From: Octopus bimaculoides
Lineage: Eukaryota
Reading direction: 5' to 3'
Length of the DNA: 63,677 bases
Assembly: GCF_001194135.2 (NCBI RefSeq)
Contig: NC_068984.1
Location: 76,474,758-76,538,434, forward strand
The notes under the pieces were generated by a model, which saw only the letters and a program-made list of their open reading frames with translations, was not told the DNA's origin and searched no databases. Both the position numbers and the translations under genes were made by a program. Positions 25,901-36,100 of this stretch are shown piece after piece (positions within the stretch are counted from its first letter, which is position 1; every line of letters starts with the position of its first letter).

Positions 25901-28900
25901 TGGGAGTTGGGGGTGGACACTAAACGATGAAAGGAGAAATAAGGAGCGAATTGAGAGTACTTGGGTGGAGATGGCACTATACTTGCTGGAACTAAGGCAT
26001 AAAGGCCATTATAGTTTCAGTAGAAAAGGCAGAAAGGAAATGATACTTATGTTGGCCAGAGTTTGGAGTGTATTTATGAGTGTCTTCATAGCAATCATTG
26101 TGTTTGGATGCAGTCTAAGATGCATGTGTGTGGCAACAGCAGCAGCACTGTCCTAGATGTGGGGACAGTACCCTATTGTTAGTCTCTCCTGAGCCTTGTA
26201 CAGGACTGATAGTTGATGATAACGTTTTAGAGCAAGCACAGTTGTCATTAGATATCTTGTGATCAAAGCTTAAGGAATTATGTTTTCTTAGTAAAATAAT
26301 TTTATCACTGCTTATGTTAAATTGCCTCTTTTTAAGTGTTTTGAAATTTGACGTTTCATTTTCAGGAAATTATTTGGGAAAAAGGGACCCTACAAGGAAA
26401 GATTATTCGACCCTTACGCATTGTCAATCCTGAACAGGATGAATATAGTGGTCTAGTACAAGTTGGTTTGGATGGTAAGTGCCTCAGTTCATTCTACTCT
26501 GTACCCTTCATTATTTTCTTAAACTCCTCAATATGTAAGAGATTATTTATAAATTTATTTTATTAGATCTTTTTAATTGACATTATTCTATTGTCTTTCT
26601 TGTACTTACTTATGCTTTAGTTTTACATATGATCTGATTCGTTAATTTTGTGACTTATATCTGGGTAGGCTGTACACTTTTTTATGGAGAGTGATTACAT
26701 TTTTGCTGAGCTATTAAAATACTGGTCTAGCACTCTAAACATTTTGTAGGGAGGCAAGTTACTAGTATCAGAGTTGATTGCTTGGTAACTGCCATGTGGT
26801 ATTTAGTTGCTTCCCTTTGTATCCTCTTTCACTTTGTGAGGTTTTTTTTTTTGTGTCCCCCACTGTCTTTTTGCCCTTCCAAGATTGATAAAATAGATAC
26901 AGTCAAGTTTCAGGGTAAATAAAATAGATTGGTCTACTCCTCAAAATTTGGGTCCTTTTGCTTATGTTAAAAATCCTTGCAGTTATAAATATTGAAGAGT
27001 AAGGAAGGTGGATTACAGAAATATGTCAGATAAGCCTAGTTATAATCTCTGGAAGCTCTGAGTTCAGATACTGCCTGGGTTGGCTATAAACTTTCTTAAA
27101 TATGTATGACCTTGTGTCAGTGTTTGAAATCATTGTTAATATTAATACTGCAAAAGGCAGTGAGCAGGTAGAATCCTTAGCACACCAAGCAAAATGCTTA
27201 GTGGCATTTTGTCTGTCTTCTATGTTCTGAGTTCAAATTTCGCTGAGGTCGACTTTGTCTTTGATCCTTTTGAGGTTGCTAAAATAAGTTGATCACTGAG
27301 GTCAATGTAATCAACTTACCCCTTCCCCAGAAATTACTGGCCTTGGCCAGAATTCGAAACCAATACTAATACTGCATGTCTGTGTGGTTAAAAGGTTTGC
27401 TTCACAATCACATGATTCTGGGTTCAATCCTGCTATGTAACGCCATAGCATCTTTTTGATCAAAGCATTTAAAAGAAATTTGGTAGATGGAAACCTGTTA
27501 TACCCTCACACCTGTCTACCATCTCTCTCCATCATTTCTTTTAGTCATCATATCAAGCCACTTGAGACAAAAGCATTTGATCTGTGCATAGTGAATTCCC
27601 TACTTTTTGGGATCTATCATACCTTTCCATTCCCACATTATCTCTTTTCCTTTTACTTTTCCTTTCTCTCTGTTTCCAAATGATTATGATAGAGTGGGCA
27701 GGGGTGGGATTTCGCTCTTGCATCTCTCAAATGCTCTCCCTAGGTCTTCTGACTCTATGTCCTCCTGTTTACCTCGTTCATGTTACCTTGAGAATATACT
27801 TCATTCCTCCTCCTCTCTTCTGTTCCTTCTCTGCTGCCACCCTCTCGACAACAAATCCAATCCTCTCATCATACTGTAACTTCCCACAATACCTCATCTG
27901 AAGTCATCTCATTCTCTTTCTTGTTCTCTCTTTTATACAACCTCATTAGTGCTGATGGCACATTAAACACCCATTTTATTACTCTGCAAAGTGGTTTGCA
28001 AATTGAGCAGAGACAATATTGACTTGAGGGGATTCTTTAGTCATGCTGCAGGCAAGACAATTTCTGTTGTGCTGGTGCCATAAAAAATACATCTATTACA
28101 CTCTATAAAGTGGTTGGTGCTTGAAAGGGCAGCCAGCCAATAGAGAATAGGCCAAAACTGAAACACAGAAGCAAGTTGTCTGACCCATCAGAACCTGTCA
28201 AAGCATCCCACCCGTGCCAACATGGGAAGTGGATGTAAAAAATGATGATGGTTAGATATTAGGAGAGGTTGACACAATCAGTATTGTGCTGAACAAAAAT
28301 ACCTTGTAGTATTTGGTTCTTTTCATTACACCTAAGATTATGCCTCATAGTGATAAAAAATGCAGGGCAAAATATTGGTGCTGTTGTAAGGCAAAAAACA
28401 GCTGCCTTTCAATGCCTGAACCCTGTAAAATAATAAAAGAATATCATATTAAAGTTGTAAGTTATTACACACCTTAAAATGTGAAAGATCGTATTTATGA
28501 AATAATTTCCTATTTTCATTTCTTTTTGTGTTACAGAAGATGAAGAGGAAGTGTACCAATATGGTATTACTAGCCTGGCTGATAAACGAGATTTCCTCCA
28601 GAAGGGTGATGTTGTAAAGTTCCAGATTGCATCAGTGAAAGCCACTGGGAAAAAACGAGCTGTTTGTGTGGCTGCTATGCGTAGCTATGTGCGTGCTAAA
28701 GTTGATTCTGTGAAGGGATTGGTAAGTTAAATTTTATATGGTTTCTGCATTTGAAGTAGACAAATCACAAATCCCTCCAGGCATATGACTCTGCTCGATC
28801 AGTAGGAAAGGCATGGGCAGAAAGATGCACCCAGTGCAAGCTATGGACACATAAGAGGTGCAGCAATATCAGAGGAAGGTTGACTGAAGGGTTTTACTTA

Positions 28901-30101
28901 CTTTCTGAAGTTTGGTACTTGTTTTATTGGTCTCTTTTGCCAAACTGCTAAGTTATGTGAATGTAAACAAACTAACACCAGTTGTCAAGCAGTTGTAGGA
29001 AACAAACAAAAAGGTAACATCATTATATGCCTGTTTTCCATGTTAGCATGGGTTGGACATCTTCACAGGAACTAGCAAGGCCAGAGGCTGCACTAGGTTC
29101 CATAGTCTGTTTTGGCTTGAGTTTTATGACTGGATGCCCTTCCTAATGCCAACCAATTTACAGAGTGTACTGGGTGCTTTTTACTTGGCACCCACCTCCA
29201 CACCAATGCTTTTTTACATGGCACCTTGGTTTTAGGATCTCGCTTCTGTTGTGGTGGATGGGTCTTCTTGAGTACAGCAGTGCACCATGTTTCTTGGTCC
29301 TCTGTCATCTTATACATACATTCCAAATGCATTCACAAGGCTTTATGCCATGCAGTGGGACTGAACCTGGAACCATGTGGTTGTGAAGCAAACTTCTCGT
29401 CACACAGCCATACCTGTGCTAGTGTTTATAATTAGGGTTGTTTCTGTTGGCTGTTCCCACATTCCCATTATTGTCAATTTTTGTCTTTCTGTCATCTGGA
29501 GTTTTGATAAAATAAATACCAGTCACACAGCAATTTCAGGCCTTGTGCATTTGCAAAGAAAAAGAAATTAAGGGTGGTAGTTTGTCAGATGCTTTACTGT
29601 ATTTGTTCCTGCTCTTAATAGTTCCAAGTTCAGATCTTGCTAAAGTCAAATTAGGCATTCATCTATCCAGAGTTGGAAAAAAAGAAAATTATTCAAGTAC
29701 TAGAATTGATTTGATGTACCCATGCCCAAAATATCTGGCCTTCGTATATTATGTTTGAAATTATTTTAATTTATGTGAAGGTTGATAAAAAGTACTAGAT
29801 AAACACCGAGATTGATGTAATCATCTTTTCCATCCACCCAAATGAATGGCATTATGCCAATGTCATAAATTATTGAGAGAAGTAGATTAACAGAAGCATC
29901 TAAGTATCAAATAAAATACAGCATTTAGTTAAAACTCTTTTTTGCATTCCTTAGTTCAAATCTCATTGAGGCCAAATTCCATCTTTGCCTTTTATCCTTT
30001 CAATATTGATAAAAATACATTTGCAGTCAAATATTGGGAGTTGATGTAATCAGCTAATCCTCTCACTGCAAAATTACTAGCCTTGTGATTAAACCAAAAA
30101 C

Positions 30102-30134
<33 letters not shown>

Positions 30135-33100
30135 CAATGATTCTTTCTACTATAGCACAAGGCCTGAAATTTTGGGGGAGAGGTTAGTCGGTTACACTGA
30201 CCCTAGTGCTCAACTGGTGCTTATTTTATTGACCCCGAAGGGATGAAAGGCAAAGTAATCTCAGCGGAATTTGAACTCAGAATGTTAAGACAGATGAAAT
30301 ATTGCTAAGCATTTTGCCTGACAGGCTAATGATTTTGCCATTTCATTGCCTTAATTATTATTAATAATCATAATAATGGTTTCAAATTTTGGCACAAAGC
30401 CAGCAATTTTGGGGGAGGGAGTAAGTCGAATGCATTGGCCCATGTACTCAGCTATCCCCCCTCCCCTAAATTTCAGGCCTTGTGCCTATAGTAGAAAGGA
30501 TTATTATTATTATTGGTTTCAAAAAAGATGGACATGTCTTTGGAAGCTGTGAATTTTTTGCCCAATTTTCATTGAAAGTTTTGTAATATATATTGATATT
30601 TTTGCATATTTCTGTAGCCAAGCCAACTGTGCTCTTGCTGAGCTAATCGGTTAGGCAGAATTTTCCCCTTTTAGGGGCGAATTTCTCATTTCAAATTTTG
30701 AAATTTCAATTTCCAACTTCAAAATTTTACAAAAAATGTCTATGAAGAGAACTGTAAGCTGTTCCCTTCTTTGCACACCACACCCTCTGCAGTCGAACGA
30801 CAACATATCTCAAACACCAAACGTAAACTCTCTATGCCCAATCCACACCTTAAAAGGCAAAGAAGAGAAAGAGAAAAAGTGTTCCAGCATGTGCAGCACT
30901 AGAGAGGGGAATGAAGGCTGTTCTATGGACTGCCTTTCTAGCAAACATTTCCTTGCTCTCACCACCACTATTGCTCCTACACTGGAGAGGGAGGAAGAGA
31001 GAAGTGGGAACATGTACCAGTGAGATTACCACCAGCAACACCACCAAGACCAACACAAGCAACAACAACAAGGCCAAGTGCAATGGCTTCGCATATGCAG
31101 TGAAACAAACCTTAGATGAAATAAATGCTACAATTTATCATAGTCCTCCAGACAATAACAGAGGAATTCAAGACAGGATGCTCCTGGGAGCTCTATGCTA
31201 ACTTCCAAAAGTCCCTTGCCTGGCAGTGCTACCGAGGGGCGCTGCCTGTTCAGGATAAACTTTACAGGCATGGAAGTGCCGTGAGCTGGGCCTGCCCAAG
31301 TTGTGCTCAGCGATGTAACTGTTCTGTATGCACTCGTCCAGTGCTCGAGTATTGCTGGCCTGTGGGTTTATGTCGAACAGCTGCTGTCGTGTGTAGGATG
31401 GATCTGGCTATCAGCTGAATCCATAGTGAGAATTGCCCTGCCGACCTCCTTTAACTGGGAGGGGAAGGTAATTTTCATTTGTCTGGTTTGTTTGAAAGGG
31501 CTAAAGTCAGATACTTTCCTCTTTGACCAAGGCCTCATCAACTTTTTCAAGTTCCACTTGAAAAGAAAGGTGAGAGTAGAGAGGGAAGTGTTGTCTTCTA
31601 GCTAATTTGTTAAAAGGTGGGTGAATGTCAGAAGAATGACCAATCTGGATGAACCAATTCTTAGATTACACCTGTAAAAAAAAAATAGGTATAAAAGGGA
31701 GAAAGGGTTCTTGCCTTGTTGACCAGGCACCCGTGGCTTTCATCCTTTCAGGGTTGATAAAATAAGTACATGTCGAGTACTGGGGTCAATGTAATTGACT
31801 TATCCTTTCCCTTGAAATTATTGGCCTTGTCCCAAAATTTGAAACCTATACATATATTTCAGTTCTTAATGTTTTGAGTTTGTATCTCAGCAGGATAAAT
31901 TTTGCCTTTCATCCTTACAATGCTGATAAAATACCAATGAAGTACTGGGGTCAATTTAATCTACTAATCTTTCCTCTTAGATTTTTGGCCTTGTGTCTAT
32001 GCTAGAAACAATGATTATATATTTTTTTAAAGATTTTATACGTTTTTAGTAGAAAGTGGGTTATACATCTTTAGATTGTATACCTGACTTTCTACTATAA
32101 AATTAAAGAAATTGACAGAATGCTGAACTCCAGACTAAACAACTCAAACAACATTTATTTACTTGGTAAACATACATATCTTTTAGTGAGAATAACGAGC
32201 TGTCGAGTATAAGACCGAAAGATGTAGGGACAGCTTTAAACACACGTCCATGCTCAATCGCTGGCCAGCGAGAAAGAGAATGAATTGAGCGGGAAACGCT
32301 TGCTTGTTTTATTCTACGCATGCGCAGGCGTTACTACACATTCATATTTGCATAAATTTTTCTTTCAGTTTGGCTTCCTGAATTATGAAGTTGAAGATGG
32401 CAAAAAGCTATTCTTTCATATGACTGAAGTCCATGACAGTATTGAGCTGCAACCTGGTGATGAAGTTGAATTTGTAGTTGTGCAGAATCAAAGAAATGCC
32501 AAATTTTCAGCTTGTAGTTTGCGTAAAATTACGTAAGTTACATTTTTCTCATTTCTTCTTGTTACTTTTACAGTTTTTACATTCTTGTTTTTTTTTTCTG
32601 TTGCTTATACCAGGCCAGTCTTCATAGAGCAAACTTATGATCAAAGGTGTTCCCACTATGAAAATCCTGTCTTGTTGAATATTAGAGGCTACATGTAAAA
32701 AACATGTCTCCTTCTTAAAGACATTAGAGTGTCGTTTCAGGTAGATTTGGTCTGTATTTTCAAGCAGGTTGAGCTAACTTTTGCTGGCAATGTTTCTGCT
32801 TTTATATAATGGGGTATGGTTTGGCAGAATTGGAGTCGCAGATGAAATTTCTTAATTCAAATACTATCATTTTTCTGACTTTACATCAGCCTATGCCCCT
32901 CAGCCGGGGTTACCTGATGAACAGAAGAACTGATTTTATGACACCCTTTTGCAGACTACCTTGTTGAAGAATGACAGGGACCTTCTCTTTGTGGTTGGTG
33001 ACTTCAATGGGCATGTTGGATGACATGCAGGGGGCTTCCATGGCATATATGGAGGCTATGGTTTTGGTTCTCGCAATGAGGAGGGAACCAGGCTGCTGGA

Positions 33101-36100
33101 ATTCTGCAATACAAATGATCTTATGGTTTGTAATACTAACTTCAGGAAACCTGCCAGCCACCTATTCACCTACCGATCTGGTGGACACATTAATTAAATT
33201 GATTATATCCTCGCCAGGAAACAGGAAAGATGGCTATTTATAAATGCCAAAACTTTCCTCACAACATAGATTAGAATGCACCCCACAACATAGATTAGTA
33301 GTTAGTGACTTCAGGATCGGCGCTAAATGGATGCCCAAAAGATGGCCAGCATGGAAAAGAAGGGTCTAGAAGCTTAAAGATCCTGCAAATGGACAGAGAT
33401 TTAGAGACGTATTACTTGAAGCTTTTGAAAAAATAGAGGGGGATATAACATCACATGATGTGGAAAACAACTGGAGGTTTGTACGTGACAACCTGTTGAG
33501 GTTACTGACCAGATCTGTGGATAGTGCAAAGTCCCCTCTCGACCTAAGGTAATGTGGTGGTGGAACAGTGTAGTTGACAGGGCCATTAGGGAAAAGAAAC
33601 AGGCATGGAAGGACTGGAAGAATGGTGGTAGCAGGGAATTGTATCAGACTGCCAGACGGGAAGCGAGGAGACAAGTTTACTTAGCCAGAGGGAAAGCAGA
33701 TAAGAAAATACTTGCCAGTGTTCTGCGTTGTGAGGACCAAAGACTTGAAGTGTTTCATGTTGCAAAACAGTGTGTGAGAGAGAGTCGTGATGTCATAGGA
33801 GAGAAATGTGTCTGCATGGATAATGGCTCACTTGCATTTAATGAGGCTGAAAGGAAAGAGACTTGGAGATGCCAATATGAAATTAAGAGAATGAATGGGA
33901 GAAAGAGAGTCTGCCGAATGTTGACCCAACAGAGGGACCAGCTATCCGAATTGACAGTACCTTGGTAGATAAAGCAACTAAGGGTATGAAGACAGGGAAA
34001 GGTCCCAGCCTATCAGGAATCACTACAGAGATGCTTAAAATATCTGGCGATGTCAGCTGTAGTCTAGTCACCCGTATAGTCAATCAGGTGATACATGACG
34101 GAGTCTTACCCAATGACTGGTGTAGCAGCACCACAGTCAACTGCTACAAAGGTAAAGGTGATGCATTAGATTTGAATAATTACAAAAGTATCAAGTTGTT
34201 GGATCAGGTAATGAAAGCCAGTGAGAGGGTCATAGCCCACTAATTAGAGAGAGAGTCACTCTAGATGAGATGCTGTTTGGGTTTGTGCCAGGGAGAAGCA
34301 CCACTGATGTTATATTTCTGGTAAGACAGCTGCAGGAGAAATATCTAGCCAAAGATAAACCTCTGTACCTGGCTTTCGTTAACATGGAGAAAACCTCTGA
34401 CAAGGTTCCCCGATCCTATATCTGGTGGTCAATGTGGAAACTAGGGATTAGATGAGTGGTTAGTGAGAGCTGTACAAGCCGTGTACAGAGAAGCTGCTAG
34501 TAAGGTGAGGGTTGGCAGTGAGTACAGTGAAGAATTCCGGGTTGGGTAGGGGCCCACCATGGATCAGTCCTCAGCCCCCTCTTATTCATCATAGTCTTCC
34601 AGGCAATAACAGAGGAATTCATGACAAGATGCCTCTGGGAGCTCCTCTATTCTGATGACCTTGCTCTAATAGCTAAATCAATATCAGAACTAGAGGAGAA
34701 GTTTCAGGTATAGAAGCAAGGTCTAGAATCGAAGGGCCGTAGACTCAATCTAACAAAAACCAAAGTCATAATAAGTAGGAAGGCAGACAAATCACAAATC
34801 CCTTAAGGTAGATGGCCTTGCTTGATCTGTAGAAAAGGCATAGGTAGAAGCTCCATAAGATGTACCCGGTGTAAGTGATGGACACACAAGAGGTGCAGCG
34901 ATATCAAAGGAAGGCTAACTGGGAAGATAGTTTTTGTGCAGAAAACAGCTTCTGTTACATTCCAGGGAAAAAAAACTACAAGTAGTTGATAGCTTCCATT
35001 ACCTAGGTGACCAAGTCAGTAGCAGGGGTGGATGCTCTGAGAGTGTAGCTGCTAGAATAAGAATAGCCTGGGCAAAGTTCAGAGAGCTTCTACCTCTGCT
35101 GGTGACAAAGGGCCTCTCGCTCAGAGTAAAAGGTGGACTGTATGACCCATATGTGCGAACAGCCATGCTACATGGCAGTGAAACATGGGCCGTAACTGCT
35201 GAGTACATGCGTAAGCTTGCAAGGAATGAAGCTAGTATGCTCTGCTAGATCTGTAATGTCAGTGTGCACACACGACTGAGTGTAAACGCCCCGAGAGAAA
35301 AGTTGGGCATAAGAAGCATCAGATGTGGTGTGCATGAGAGACAACTGCGCTGGTATGGTCATGTGTTGCATATGGATGAGGACAGCAGTGTGAAAAAGTG
35401 TCACACCCTAGCAGTAGAAGGAACCTGTGGAAGAGGTAAACCCAGGAAGATCTGGGATGAGGTGGTTAAGCATGACCTTCAAACACTGGGCCTCACCGAG
35501 CCGATGACAAGCAACCGAGACCTTTGGAGATATGCTGTGCTTGAGAAGACCCGGCAAGCCAAGTGAGACTAACCGTGGCCTATGCCAGTGCAGAATAACC
35601 AGCCCATTTAAGAGTACTGTTCAGTCATGTGGCAATAAGCTGTGCTTGCAAAGACCTGTTGATGTAAGTGAAGTCATTGTCATGGCCAATGACAGTACCG
35701 TCTGTTTGGCACCCGTACCAGCGGCACATAAAAAACTCTGTTCGAGTCTGGTTGGTGCCAGTGCCGCCTGGCTGGTCCCGTATTAGTGGCACATAAAATG
35801 CACCATTCGAGTGTGATTGTTGCCAGTGCCACCTGACTGGCTTCCATGCTGGTACCACGTAAAAAGCACCATTTGAGCATGGTCATTGCCAGTGCTGCTT
35901 GACTGGCTCCCATGCTGGTGGCACGTAAAAAGCGTCATTCAAGCGTGGCCAGTGCCAGTACCGCCTGACTGGCCCTCGTGCCAGTGACACATTAAAGACA
36001 CCCACTACACTCTTGGAGTGGTTGGCGTTAGGAAGGAAGGGCATCCAGTTGTAGAAACACTACTAGATCAGATTGGAGCCTGGTGCGGCCTTCTGGCTTG

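Noticed and set aside
27540-27960. CT-rich region with a KAFD-like word
   Set aside because: Possibly a very old CR1 RT relic, but too degraded to annotate
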